A stretch of DNA of 64,000 nucleotides. Origin: the human T2T-CHM13v2.0 reference genome, Homo sapiens. Position numbers and translations under genes: made by a program. The notes below the pieces were generated by a model. That model worked only from the letters and a program-made list of their open reading frames with translations. It made no database searches and was not told the origin of the DNA. Shown piece after piece: positions 28,918-43,049 of the stretch. Numbering within the stretch: position 1 is the stretch's first letter; every line of letters starts with the position of its first letter. The DNA lies in the NCBI RefSeq assembly GCF_009914755.1, contig NC_060928.1; one strand, 5' to 3'.

Positions 28918-30672
28918 CTACACAAAGGAAAAATGAACAACAGTGTACAATTTAGTCTCCCTTTTGGAAATGCTTCTGTTATTCTACAGAACAAATTCTA
29001 GAGCTTTTAAATGTTTGGAAGAAAAATTCACTCTGATTAATTTGCTGTTCACTATGGCTGTATAATATTGATGAGTATTAGGATTTTCAAATAATTTTCT
29101 TCATTCTTTGTCAAAATTTACATGTACAAATTCTGACTGACAATTGCACACATATTGATAAACATAAGCATAAATAGAAATAGAAAATTTCAAAGGGGAT
29201 AAACAGTAAAAGAAAGAAAAAGTTACTGAACTGTTCCACAACCAACTCCGAGTAGGAGGCTCAGAGCCTGGAGTGGTACCCAGCATAGAAGAGGAATCTT
29301 TTTTATGTTAACATTTTGTTAAATAACTGAATTAGTGAACATGTTGGATGGGCTGAACTTCTCAGGTAGGATCCTGGGTGCCTAGGGCAAACCTTCTAAA
29401 AGTGATGTTACATTTCTATCTGGAGTGTCATCACCGTGTTGGGTAAAGATTTTGGGGGTCAAATAGCCCAGTGTTCAGGTCCTAACTCCAGCACTGGCTG
29501 AACTACCCTATGGTCTCAGGCCAGCTGCTCAACTCCCTGAGCCCATTTCCTAACCCATAAAATGGAGAGAGCAAAGCCTGCAGTGAACATCATTGTAGAT
29601 AATGATGAACAATGATGATAATAATTATGGCAGCTAGCATTATCAAACACTCATCACGTAATCCTCTACAACCCTAGGGTGTAGATATTATCATTAGTCA
29701 GCAGAAACTGAGCTACAGAGAAGTAAAGTATGCCCCAGGTTACAGGATGAGAAGGCCAGCAGCCTGAGCTCTGAGCCCAGGCAGGCTGGCCCAAGATCCA
29801 TCCTTTGAACCAGGTAGAGGATAGGATGTGCTTAGCACACACAGTGCTCAATAGGTGGTACTGTGGCCATCCTATTTTCAGGATATTAAGAACATGACAC
29901 AGGGCACTTGTCATTGGATACCTCTTCTTCCCACACATCTCCTGATAACAGTCACTACTTTGTGAATAGACAAAAATAAGTCCTGGTATGTCCAAATCAC
30001 TGGGAAGGAGTCAGTTCTATCAATGCTACCACGTGATATGCACCATCTAAACTTCTTGTGAATCACCTGGTTTACTTATTTTGTTGATAATTTAGGAAAT
30101 GAAATCCACAAATATCTAATGTGTACAAGATTCTAAGTGTGGTGAAATTAACATTGCATGGACTTCTTAGCTACTTAAAGTTTATTTTTTAATGCCCAAA
30201 TGCAGTTTTGCTGTACAAATAGGTTATTATATATCTGGAAAATTAAAAATAAAGTAGGCAACCTGGATAATGCCAGGTTCTATCTTATTTGGAAAGGCAT
30301 GTGAAGTAAGACATAGATGAAAGACTGAGGCAAAGATGGTATGCACCAGAGTGGAGCAGGTATCTATTTGGAGTATATTTACTGAACCTTTACCCCATAT
30401 AATATGCCCTTCAATATGAATGAATTCAAAAGAGCTTGTAAAAACTGCATGTTAAGTATAATTGTCTTTTATAACAATTTAAAATCTTTAACCTCAACCC
30501 TCCTGTTCAAATTGGAATGGATCAGTGCACCATTATTATTGTATTTAAGTAAGAAAATATGTACTTGAAAACAAAGATATGCAAGCAAAATCGAAAGTGT
30601 ATGAACAGTTCAGATTCAGGAACAGCATTTTAATCTAACTTGGATCCAAATAAGATCTTTCTGGGGACTCAC

Positions 30673-30818
30673 CTTCTGCCTTGATACCATCCAAGACTTG
30701 ATTGTTGGCACCAACACACTTCCCAGAAGGATCTGAGCTGGGTGGTAGATGAGCAAGGGTACAGATATTAAAGAGAGATGCTCATGGCCTGCAAACACGA
30801 TCTTCAGCATCGGAATTC
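30673..30818 (-). CDS. SLC10A7: SLC10A7 exon 11 ((G)[48 protein letters not shown])
   Basis: Acceptor ctttgttcaacag| and donor AAG|gtgagt; 146 nt. PLLIYHPAQ motif of the SLC10A7/BASS family last TM helix. Confidence 0.96.
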
Positions 30819-31422
30819 CTGTTGAACAAAGAAGACAGAAAACCTAAACCAAATTCAGTCTGTCATCAAATTAAATGCATACTCCATCAAAATCAGAACT
30901 TTGGAATAGGTTATTACCATATTTTCTCATGTTTATTCACAGAACTGAAATGGGAAAGTCTGAAATGGGTCACCAAAACTTTCCATCTTTCTTTCATGAC
31001 ATAAAGTTCTAACTAGGATAAGGTGGAAAGATGGTCAGTATTCGAGGGTACCAATAATTCTCACGGCAAATTAGAAGCTTATCTAACAAGGAGAGGAGAG
31101 AAGATTGCGTGTGATGGAGTTGCTTTAAGAAGGCTGAAAAATATTGGTGAGGGAGATGCTAAAAATGGATCTCTTCTTGCTTAGTAGTGAGATAGTCTGT
31201 TGGTCTTTAGGGAGGCCTGCTTGGCACCAGTTCAAAGTCCCAAAGCTTGCTTTTGAGAGTAAAAAAATACGGTAAGATCATGTATGGTATACACTGCTAT
31301 AAGTAGGAGGGCATTTTAGTCAACTGGACCTTAAAGGATTTGTATGTTCCCTTTCGGCCAAGGATCTTAAAGTGCTTTACGATCATTAGGTAAGGGTCAT
31401 ACAGATTGGTCTATGGAAGATG

Positions 31423-31586
<164 letters not shown>

Positions 31587-33069
31587 TCAGGGCTGAATGT
31601 TTAAACTCCACAGTGAATGTCTTCATGGAACTCAAATGAATACTACTTCATGAGTCTACTATTCTATTATACCAAGAGCTGGGTGTGTATATTTTATAAG
31701 CTGCTGCCTATAGAGCATAATTTTTGAGCTTCTATAACTAACACAATTCAGACACTAGCAGTCTAACTATTATTACTAATTGTTTTAATGCAGCCACAGT
31801 CTTCAGAAGTGCTATGTATGTATCAGCTTCTTCAACTGAATAGCTTTAATAGTCTAGCTTTCTTGTTTCTCTGATAACAGCCTCTGAAAAGGACCTAAGC
31901 TCCTAACCATGTACAATGATGGCACATAAATAACTTTTTATTAGAACACAACAAGGAAGGCTTAGCTTTTTCAATTATTTTTACCTTCTAATAAATTTCA
32001 AACCTTTATGCACAAAATGTGTTTCATGGTTACTTTCTTTTTCACAGCCTCACATATCATTGCCATAAACTGAAAACACTTAACTCTTCCCAAACATAGT
32101 CTCTGAGAGCTTCTAAAGTACATGCTTAGATTTTTTGCAGTTTCTGTCTTTATACTAACATAAAAAATGAAGGGCCTTTTTTTAAAAAAAGCTTTAAAAA
32201 TCTACTGCTGAAAAGCAGCATCTGATACTATAGTTTTGAAAAGCTGTTACAATGAGAAAATAAAATCTGAACACAACTCCTCCTGTTTCCAAGAAACGTT
32301 ATTCATTCCTTGGCCCAAAGAGGTGATGCTAAGACATTGGGGGATGGGAGTGGAGTAAATGTGAGGCTAAAGGGAGCAAGTGATAGAAGTATCATGATAT
32401 TTTGTCCCTAAAAATGACCAGAGCAGGATTTGCTAACCCCAGATTTGAGGACTGAGGCTGCTGGGCTAAACCACCTATGTTGTCCATTCTTAGCTAAGAA
32501 TCTGGGCTCTGTGTCATTCAGTCTTCAGCAAGCTTAAGTGATCTCAGAAGGGAAGCCATAGAGATAGTCCCAGATGCTGCTGCTACAATAAGTAAACAAA
32601 AAGTTCTATTGATGAGGAAACTGAAGCACCTAGTGGTCAGGAAAATTTCTTAGTGGTAGGCTCTAAACTGCGACTCAGGCAACCTGAATTTCCAGTTCTC
32701 CATATCAGGTAAGGTCAGTTCCAGATGCCATGGGCACTGCAGCTGCTGTGAAAAGGGAGAGGGCCTGGCATGCAAAACACTTTCAAGTCCAGCTGTCCTT
32801 TTGGAACTCATTCTCCTTGAAGACCTCACAGAAGCACTTCCAGGGGCAGTATGGTGTCAAACTCCCGTGCTCGCCACACCAGGACGTCCCTGTGATTTCA
32901 AATATGTCAAAAGCAACTGCTAGGGCTACCCCAATAGTGGCAAGGAAGCCATGGATTCAAAGACATAGCTTTGATCCTCAAGAAGCTTAAGGTGGACAAA
33001 TGATCTCTCCCTTCTTTGGACCCTAATGTCAAGTTTTAGGAAGTTCTCTTCCGGCCATTGCTGGTTCTT

Positions 33070-33545
33070 CAGCTCTTATCTCTCTCCTTCAAACACACCC
33101 TTCTCTCCACTGCTCTTGCAAGGAAGCTGGGACTCTGCAAACACCTGTCCTTCTGGTCAGCTGCTCCTTGCAAGGGGCCCCAGAGGAAGGCTGGAGGAGG
33201 AGGAGGAATTTCTTTCTAGTCTGGGCTTCCTGCCAGGCCCCTTCACCAGTGCAGGGGTACTTGGCTCCAGCCTATAACTCATCATGCCCCTGAGGGCCAC
33301 AGCACCAGCGGGGCAGTGCCCCTTCTCAGATGTCTGAGAACCTGCTCTGCTGCCTCTCTCCAAGCTTCTAGGTTCTGAAAATTCTAACTTCTTCCCTTTG
33401 CCCCCCCAGCTCCAGCTACTTTCTGCATTTATTTGTCTTGTTCCCTCACTGTTGCCATTTCCCTTTTCAGCTTTCCAACACTATTTAATCAATTCCCTGT
33501 ATTCAAAGGGTGATTTCTGCTTTCCTGACGGACCCTGGTTGCCCT
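33070..33545 (+). mobile_element. LTR33-like ERVL LTR remnant
   Basis: gctgggactctgcaaac...gaaggctggaggagg...attccctgtatt...tttctgctttcctgacggaccctg resembles LTR33. Confidence 0.5.
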
Positions 33546-33931
33546 CTTCTTACTCTGCCTTGTATAACAGTCATTCCCTTTGCTTGAAAAAGAGAAGGGA
33601 TCCACGATCACTTGCAGCTGCGGCCAAAATTTGTCAAATTAAATAGGAATTTCCCCCTACCACTTTATGTGCCTGCAATATCTTCTTGCTAGTCATTAAT
33701 CAAATTTCCTATCTCTACCCCCACAAGTGAATAATGTTAAAAATATGTTTGAAAATAATATATCAGAGAAAAAAATAGCTCCCAGAGGTCATGGTCCAAG
33801 TCTCTTTCATGTACCCTCTCTATGCCACTCTCACATGGTGGATTCACAAGTCAATCACTCGCCAGGGGGAGGCCCACTCCAGCGACTCGAGTCATATGTT
33901 ACTTGTTTTAGGAAACTTTATTTTATTTCAG

Positions 33932-34025
33932 ACAATGCATGTCTGAAAGATGCTAGAAGGCCCATATTGTAAATGGATTCTTTTTCTGACTAACTTCCAC
34001 CAAAAGCATTTCCCCCACTGCTCTA
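33932..34025 (+). repeat. Copy A of a ~95-bp local direct duplication
   Basis: acaatgcatgtctgaaagatgctagaaggcccatattgtaaatggattctttttctgactaa...ccaccaaaagcatttcccc...gctcta. Confidence 0.9.
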
Positions 34026-34739
34026 TGGACTTAAAATTTTCCTTTTCAATCATTCAATTATCTACTTTCCTTTTCAATTATTAGAGTTTCTTCTAAATCT
34101 ATTTATCTCAACCTTTTCTTTCCTTGCTTTCTTTCAACCTCTCCCCCACTTCTCCTCCCTGCAATCCCAAGCATCTACTTAGTACATCTTCAGTTTCTCC
34201 AAGGTCAGAATAGAAAGAGAAGTTGGGATAAGCAGAGTGAGAGTTAACACTTCCCATGTTCGAGTTTCCATGCTATGGTGGCGATCATTTGGAAGTGGTG
34301 AGCTCAATATCTCTTCTCTAAGGCATCTTTGCTGTTAGCAGCACTATCTGGACAACAACTGGAAACTTGGGGGTCATCTCAATTGTTGAGAGAGGTTGAG
34401 AACCTGCTAAAAGCCACTGCACTTACCACACTGTGATTTCTGTCAGCTGGCCAAGAATTCGGCAACATTTGCTCTTCACATCAAATCAGAGAAAATCAGC
34501 TGCATCTCTTATTCCAGAAGACTATGTAACGCACCACTCTTTTGTCCTCATCACTCACTTGCTTACTAATCCACTTGCTCACTGATTTATTCAATTAGAA
34601 CTCATGTAACTGATCAAGTACTCTGTAGAAGGGCTAGGAATCCTGGGAAGCGTGATTTGACCTAACCCTGCATTTCCATAACTTACTGGGCACATGGGTG
34701 ACCACTCACACCTCCATCCCCCTCACCTTCGTTTAAGAG

Positions 34740-35390
34740 CACCTCTTCCACAGTCTCGAACCAGTCTCTCTGCCTTCAGAGTTGTCCTGTCCAAGCCATT
34801 TTCTACTCTGTGACCAGAGTGAACATTCTAAAGTGCAAATCTGATCGTGTCACATCACGCAGAAGTGTATCACACAGGAGAGATCCCTAAGTGTGGCATA
34901 AGAGCATAAGAGGACTTCATGACTTGCCCCAAGCTTTTGCTCTTTTTCACTCTAAATCTCACTACTTCTCTGCTCTTTGACCTGGGCGCTCCAGCCATGA
35001 TGGGCACCTTGTGGTCCTCCCACCCATCCTTGGCCACGTGCCATTCTCTGTCTTGCCCCTAGGCTTTGCACCTGAGCTCTTTCTGCCTAGAATGCTCATC
35101 ACCCATTCATGACCCACCCAACTCCTCTGTATCCTTTAGCTCTCAGTTCTTAGGTTGCCTCCTCTGGGAAGCCATCCTCAGAGTCCCAAGGTGGCCTTTA
35201 GATCCTTTCCACTCCATGCTTACCTACGCCAGGGCATTCCAGCCTCACCTTCGCTACCCTTATTATCATTGCCTGCTTCTTGTGCATTTCCTTTACCAAG
35301 CTGTAAGCTTCTTAGGGTCAGCAACAGTTTCTTCTTCATTGTTGAGCATATGGTAGGTGGTCAAAAGGAGTGTGTTGAATGAATGAACTT
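34740..35390 (+). mobile_element. L2 LINE 3' fragment
   Basis: ccagagtgaacattctaaagtgcaaatctgatcgtgtcac..., ending tgttgaatgaatgaa (L2 tail). Confidence 0.7.
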
Positions 35391-35773
35391 GTATTTTTCC
35401 AGATTCTGTCATAAAGTTATTGTGCAGACTATCACTCCATTTTTACTACATTTGTTAATTAGAAAAAAAAAGTAATAATTAAAAAACCCAAACAAACTTA
35501 CTAGAAAGAGTTTTCCTTTTAAAGTAAAATTTAAATATAGGACTCTTTTCATCTTGCTATCACTGCGGTAATATAAATGAAGCAAATTAATTTTAATGCT
35601 CCCAGGTACTGATTCTGTGTCACCATGGTTGACAGGATTCAACTAGACTTTATGAGATGGCATTTGACTTTATGGAAGTGAACACTATGCACGCATTTAC
35701 AATTTTACAGGGACTTTAAGCTGTCATGCTGAAAAATGTTTATAAAACATTAATCAAAAAATGCCTCTTTAAT

Positions 35774-35872
35774 ACAATGCATTGTCTGAAAGATGTTAGA
35801 AGGCACATATTGTAAATGGATTCTTTTTCTGACTAAAGTAATTTCCACCAAAAGCATTTCCCCATTGCTCTA
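35774..35872 (+). repeat. Copy B of the ~95-bp local direct duplication
   Basis: acaatgcattgtctgaaagatgttagaaggcacatattgtaaatggattctttttctgactaa...ccaccaaaagcatttcccc attgctcta. Confidence 0.9.
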
Positions 35873-36440
35873 CAAGTACACTGTGTGGATAGATAAAGAG
35901 CACTTTCTCAGCACATTACTACCTGATCCAAACACTTGGGAAATCACTAATGTACAGCATGCCATATTTCCATGTCACACATGACACATTTGTCTAAAAT
36001 TATCCAACAGAGTTTGACACTGCAGCATATTCCATAAGCAGAGCTTTCAACTGACATCTGCCAAGTAGCAACTTCAAGTAAGAGCTTTCTTCCTCTAACA
36101 AGCAAGTAAGGATTTTCTTTTATCCTATACCCAGGATGGAAAGGATAAAACAATATGTACAAGAACAAGTTTTTTTTCTATTTTAAATATGTTTATTTTA
36201 TGTTCTCTGAATTAAAAAATTCCCTTTGTATCAGTGTTCAAGCTTCAATAATAACTACTTTCTATTGGATGGACAGTTTTTTATTTTTCCTTGAGAAACA
36301 GACATTTTTCTTCTTAGATTAAATATGGACTTTTATTTAACTTCCACTGAAGGCTGCTCTATTGTTCACAACATAAAATGATCTACTTTACATTATTGTT
36401 CAGAGCTTACTTACTTGTGTAGGTGTGCTATGTTCCTACC

Positions 36441-36466
36441 ATTCATTCATTCATTCATTCATTCAT
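36441..36466. repeat. (CATT)n microsatellite, tail of an antisense L2
   Basis: attcattcattcattcattcattcat followed by L2-like sequence. Confidence 0.8.
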
Positions 36467-37059
36467 TAACAAAATACTTTTTGGGCCTCTGCTATATGTG
36501 AGTTACTGGTCTAGGTGGTAGGGATATCAGGAGAATGGCCCAGACAAGGTGCCTACTTTCTTGGGTGCTGCCTTCTCATAGCATTTGTCCTAACCATGTT
36601 GGCTTTCTACAATTAGATGGGTGAGTGCCAGCCCCTCACAACTCCTGCTGCAACTGCAACTCCTACAGCCCCTGCAACTCCTACTGTCACTAGCTTACCT
36701 ACTTTCTACCACCCAAAGTTCGGGGATCATCTTTGACAAATTCTATTTGTTCTTCCACCTCTAGATTAAGTTACCAAATTCTGTAGATTTTTTTCCTCAT
36801 TTACCAGTCCCTTTTCCCCTCAGTTTTCACTGCCATCTTCCTAATTCAGCTCCTCATAAAATTAAGCTAAGATTATACTTATAGCCTTCTGACATAACTC
36901 CTTGTCTTCAGACTCTTCCCTCATCAATCCTACAAATCACAGTGAGATTAATATTCCCCAAATCCACAGTCATTAAAGCCAATACCCTGCTCAAGAGCTC
37001 CAATGACTTTCCAGTGTCCATTCATCAAATCCTCTACTTATTCGACTTCAGTAAAAAAC

Positions 37060-37290
37060 AATCATTACTACCACTATTATGTAAGCACTACTGGATGCTA
37101 AGTGCTCTGCCTGCACCATCTCCTTTAAGCCTTACAACAGCTCTAGGAAGTAGGTGGCAATTTTCCCATTAAAAGATGAGGAAACTGAGGTTTAGAGCAG
37201 TTAAGTACCTTGCCTAATGGCCTACGCTGGTATGCAGTGGAGGCAGAATTGGACCCCAGTGTGTTTACTTTTAATCTCTAAGCTGTGTTA
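37060..37290 (-). mobile_element. MIR SINE (representative; many more MIR fragments, e.g. ~19160, 21490, 22880, 29440, 40550, 42640, 45340, 53790, 55700)
   Basis: Core motif cccattaaaagatgaggaaactgaggtttagagcagttaagtaccttgcc. Confidence 0.75.
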
Positions 37291-38402
37291 ACTGCATTAA
37301 ACCAAAGTTTCACTTGCCAATTGCTATCACTGGCTCAGGGCTGGCACTTTTTAATCCTTGTTAAAGCTGAGCCCTGCATTTTTCTCCATATACCTAAATC
37401 CTTTGGGGTCACCAAGGCTCAGTTTTCTATTTTCCTCCATGATGAAGGTGGCTTTCCTATTGATTTCTTCATTTTTTGGAAGAATGAAGCCACTCGTTCT
37501 AGATGCATCACATAATTTAGCCTTTGATGATGTTGCCATTATTTTCTTTTGTGTAGGTTTTCATTTTTCCTGAACATAGGCAAAACACTATATTTTTATT
37601 TTAATTTCCTGCAACATTTAAGCACAGGGCTGGTGCTCAATACATAAATAATTGGTTATTTATGAATAGGTGCTAAAGTAATGTTTCCTATGTTGAAAAA
37701 GATAGGATTTAGAACAAATACTAGTTGCTTCACTAGACTTTAAAGACAATGCATTCACATACTGCTCTGGGAGAGGCTTATATTTCACAGGGCAAAAATA
37801 GATTTGATATGGCAGGAAGGAAAGAAACTGGACTGACGAAGGAATACAAAATTCAAAATGAGTACTGAAGTATGGAGTAAGCAAGAAAATGTATTGAAAA
37901 ACACACGTTGTGCCTTTTGAAGTCTAATATTACATGTACTTTCCCACTTAGCATGAGATAGTATACTCCAATCACCTGGATCATTTCTTGTCTTTCAAAG
38001 ATTCATTCGCCTGAATTTACATGACTTGTTTTCCATTTAAATGCTTTCTCTGACTTTTCACTGGGTTTTGGAGAGAGCTGCTGGCAAATCTGGAATCCAG
38101 TTGCTTCTCTCTTCAGTTGTCATGGTGATTTCTCACTTTTGTTTAGTTTGCTCTTAGTTAGAAACATCCATAAGTTTACCATCCAAATGTCCTAACACTG
38201 TTATTTGAATTCTATTTCTTCCTCCTTAGTGAATCTTTCAGAAAAGCTCATGTTTGCCTTTAAAATTCATTGGTATAGATGGTCCCTTTAAGCACAGTGC
38301 AATCCAGGAGGGAAATTGCTATTGAGGAACACAGCCACTCTTCAGACATCACCAAATGCCAATCTTTTTGCCCCTACCCACCACACATGCCCATGCACAT
38401 GG

Positions 38403-38447
38403 ACACACACACACACACACATGCACGCACACACACACATACACACA
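38403..38447. repeat. Imperfect (CA)n microsatellite
   Basis: acacacacacacacacacatgcacgcacacacacacatacacaca. Confidence 0.9.
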
Positions 38448-41400
38448 GACTTTCTCTTCAGAGACAAAATAGTCACAGAAAGTCAAACTCACAGCCACTG
38501 ATTTATCTCAAATAACTAAACAAAGGGGCAATTATACATTTTTTAGAGTATGAAATGATGCCTTGACAAGGTAAAACAAGGGCTTTGGAATTTGGTTAGA
38601 AAAGGCTTTCAGTTAGGACTATGCTAAAGCAAGCTAATTTCTAGTAATAATAGTTGTTTTTCAAGCAGGGATTTATCATTGATCATATCCAGTAATGTGC
38701 CTGAGGCTGAACAGTGTAGCAGTTAAGAAGCTTGGCGCAGAAGCTGGAGAGCCCTGGGTTTGGATCTCATGTCCACCACCATTTACCACCTGTGTGACCT
38801 TGGTTGGGCAAGTTATTATTTAACCTGTTTTTACATGAATGAAATGCACCTACTTTGTCAGTTTTTGGATTTTTTAAAAATAAAGAATAAAATAATATAA
38901 AATGTCTGGTATATAGCAAGTGTTCATCCATTATGTGCCAGGCACTCTTCTAGGTGCAGTGAATACACCAAAATTCCTGGCCCTCATGGGAGCTTACATT
39001 CTTACTCATTTAATAGGGAGACAAGACAGACTGTACCATGCCAAAGTTACACAAAGAGCAATTGCACCCAATACCAAGATCATTACACAGGGCAGTGGAA
39101 AAATGCAGCACTGTCGTATGAAAAAAGATGTTAGATAAAATGAATTCAGTGAGCAGTTCAGTCATTTTAATTTTCTCTCCCTTTTAGAGGGTGTCAAAAG
39201 AAAGGCCACCTCCTTACAGGGTGGTGGGTATGACTTGCCTGTGAGATCAGTCTGGTGCTGCCCCTCCACTAGCCTACAGTGTGGCTTTTTGGATCAGGCA
39301 GGTTTAGTCTGCACAGCCCCCAGAATTCCATTCTGTTCATAATCTGACTATTCTAGGACTTTCCTCAAACCCATTCTGGAACCTTCCAAAGGCTGGCAAC
39401 TCAACTTTCTGCAGAGTCCCCCAGGAAGGGGTAAAAGATCACAGATCACGTGACCTGCTCTCATTGCACCCATCTAAGTGATTGGTCTTTTGCTCAAATT
39501 CTCCATGGTATTTTAACATGCAGATTGTGCTGCCTTACCCTTGCCAGTGATTTATGTTTTACTTGCTTCCCTGTTTTTGTGTGTGTCATTCCATTTTTAA
39601 CTAAAAACTGCCAAATTCTTTGGTAGGACCCCAGCACAAGCATCAGAACCTCTACTGTTGCTTTATGAGACACATAAGAGAACATTTTTATCCTTTTCAT
39701 ACAAAGAATCATATCCAAAATGAGGTGTGGCTAAATGATACATGCAAATTGGAGCTCTTTAATGATTTTCTCAGTGTCCTAGGGTTGGGTTCACTGAATC
39801 TACTTAGATTTAGGATTTCCAAATTGCTAAATAGAAAGCCAACAGCAGCGCCTCTGGGATGTCTGACAAACCCCCTTTGCTAGAGCTCTGGCAGAAAAAC
39901 AGGACAATCTTGCACCAGTTTATCAGATATGTACCAATGGAATTTTAGTTTCCAACCTCTGAAGCCTGAAAAGTGTCTTAGGGTGATCTCTGTGGGTGGC
40001 ATATGAGGGAAAGGAACATGTTGAAATCCACACAGGACGTGTCAGCCAAACGTGCTGCACAAACTGGACCTAAACCTTCCCTTTGCTACCGACTAGGAAA
40101 CTGCTTTCCTGTCGAGCCTTCCTATTGCTCTCCTGCCTACCTTCCTGTCTACAATTAAAAAGACTGGAAGCTCAAACTTCTTTTCTGGTGTAGTCAGGAA
40201 CTATTCGGCTATGCTAAGTAGATGTTTATGTAAAACTTTCCTAAGAGACTTGGCCTTCCCTCATATTTCAAAACCAGAATTCAAAAATATTCCTCTATCC
40301 AAAAAGAGGAATCAGGCCTGGAAAAGGAGGAAAATTAACAAAGATAGGTCATAAACTTGATGTCTAAGGCCATTATTAAAAGAAAGGAACGATCTTTCCA
40401 GTAATCTAAGACCTTTAGAAAAAAGAGAGCATTATTCATGTTCTAGTTTTCCAGCAGTCACACCTTACACAGGACTTCGGAAGCCATTATCTGGAGTTCA
40501 CAGATATTTTGGGTTTTCATTTATTATTGGTAAGGCAGAATATTGATTGTAGCCAATACTTACACAGCGTTTACTATATGCCAGGCACTGTTCTGAGAGT
40601 GTACAAGCATCAGCTCAACCACTCCTCACATCCATGATGAGTGAAACTACCATTGTTATCCTCACTTTTCAGAGAAGGAAATTGAGGCAGCAGGTAAATA
40701 GAAATTTGCTCAAAGCCACACACAGCATCAGGACATAGCTGGGGTGTGAATACAGACAGACTAGCTCTAGAGTCTGTGCTCCTCTGCATGCTATGTGCCT
40801 GAAATACCTGAAAAGAATTTGTCAGGGTACTTAGGAACCCTAAAAAAGGGGTGCAAGGGGTGCTTTTTAATAAGATAGAATAATGGATGGTAAAATGTAA
40901 GGAAAATAACCGTTACACAGAAAAGTCTGAAAGCAAGAGAGATACACCTTTCAATAAAGGTGCTTATTACTTGGCAGGCTTTGAATAAAGGTTGGTTGAT
41001 TACCATTTTTAGGACATTAAGAAAATTAAAAATTGTGTTTTAGTCTTCAACGACCCAGGCTGTAACCCCATCACTTTGCTGAAAGTTTTATGTAAATAAA
41101 GATGCAAGAAAAGACCAAAATGAGCAGCTGGTGTTGCTTCTGTTTTGAAACAGGTATGTTGTGATTGGAAAAGATGTTTAATGAACGGCCTGAGCCGACT
41201 CACCAGGTGCTGACAATGAAAGATTTAACTCTACCAATTGAAGGTTTCTGCCTCAGAAGATCAGGTACACCCTCACCTGTCTGACAGCATTGTAGGAGTA
41301 ACTAGCAAACAGGGAATTCAAGAATGAATTAAAGAACTGAGCCATGAAGTCTTCGTTCCAATACTAGCTGGGTCTTCCAGGAGGGGTCACCACGTTTATG

Positions 41401-42458
41401 GAGACAAGCTTAGCAGGAAGTAGTGAGATTACTTTTTCCTTTTCTAGGCTGTGAATGAAGAGTTGTTTAGTCTTCTAAAGAGACAATCTGGCTAATGTTC
41501 ACACTCACAGGATGTGAAAACATCAAAAATAGAATGAGAATTTCATATGACAAAAATAACACAAGGTCAAAAGAATATATTTAACATAGTCACCAACACA
41601 GAACTGGCCTCTTCTGACTGGCTCTGGAACTGTTGTCCAATTTTACAGAGTTTTTTAGATGTATTTTTATATAAATGAAGAAAAACACTTGAACCTATTG
41701 AGTCTGATGCAAAGCAAAGCTGGATGGTATGACATGAGCTTTCGTTGACTCTGCCACTGCCCCACAACCTAGATGTAGTTTTCCCTAAAAGGCTGCATTG
41801 ATAATTTCATCTTTAGACACTGGAACTTTCAGAAGGCTTCCAAATGTTAGTTAAAAAGTAAATGTGAGTAGGCTGTGACCCAAATGCACATTAACGATTT
41901 TTAATATACATTTTGTTTTGTTTTGTCAACATGACCTTTAATTACCTTCCAGTGGTAATTTTCCTTTTCATGGTACTGTGTTTATGTTGAACAAAAGCCT
42001 CAGAAGAGATTTCTTCTACATAAAAGAATGAGGCAGTTTTGATTTGGGGATTAAAAACCAGACTTATTTGTTCTTAGATCCATGTCTCTTAAAAAGGTTG
42101 ACTCAGGTTTCTGTGATTTATCTAACCTAGATGATGTCCTGATAATCTACTCTTGGCCTTTATTTATTCTCAACAATTATAAACATTTGGCAGTTAGGAC
42201 CTCATTTAGAAGACTTCTAGGCAGAAGAAATTTAAAAAACCCTGGAAGTCACTTCTGAAAATAATTATGTTTTTCTATTCTCCTCTGTTTTCTCTTCTGA
42301 ATATTTAACATACCTAATTATGACACAACTAATTCTGGTGTTCAGAATTAGTACACAAATGGTCAGTTTTGGTAACCAATGGGTAGGTACAACCCATCTC
42401 GCATTCTTTTTGGAACCTAGTAGAACATAAATGCATACAGAGTAAACGAGTCTAAATG

Positions 42459-42629
42459 CAGTGGTTCTCAGCTTCCGCCACACATTGGAATCACCTGGGT
42501 GGCTTCTAAAAACTATGCTGCCTGGGCCTATCCTGACAGATTGAGTTAACAGGTGTTGGGCAGGGTCCTGACATCACTAGTACGGCACAGCTCCCAGGTG
42601 ATTCTAATGTGGGCCAGGTTAAAGAGCCA
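42459..42629. mobile_element. MER5A-type DNA transposon (hAT-Charlie)
   Basis: cagtggttctca...cacattggaatcacctggg...ctcccaggtgattctaatgtg, with internal inverted repeats. Confidence 0.8.
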
Positions 42630-43049
42630 GGTCTGGTATTGCGGTGGAGTCAGAGGACTCTGGAGGTAGACAATTCAGCCATGGTGCACCAGCTCTGCTA
42701 TCTATGTGAACTGGGGTGAGTTATTTGACCTCTCTGAGGCTTGGTTTTCTAGTTTGGACAATGAGAGCAAGCATAGCTATTGTGCAGGGCTATTGTAAAG
42801 ATTACATGCATTAATAAGGCAAATTAAGTGCCTAATGCAGTGCCTAGCACATGGGCGGTACCAAATAACTGCCAGACTCTTCTTCTAATACTTCAAAGTG
42901 TCTTCACATCTGCTTTGTGATTTAATGTTCACTTCAACCTTGTGGGATAGGAGAAGAATACGGGCTTGCAAGTTTGGGTGTCTATAGGTCTGGCTGATTT
43001 AGACTTTCATATCATTTCATTATTAAAATAATTCCATATCCTCTCTGTC

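Noticed and set aside
30616-30672. Read-through of SLC10A7 exon 11 into the intron, giving a ...RLKCCS* prenylation-like end
   Set aside because: Strong AAG|gtgagt donor and no evidence for intron retention. The motif is not a canonical CaaX.
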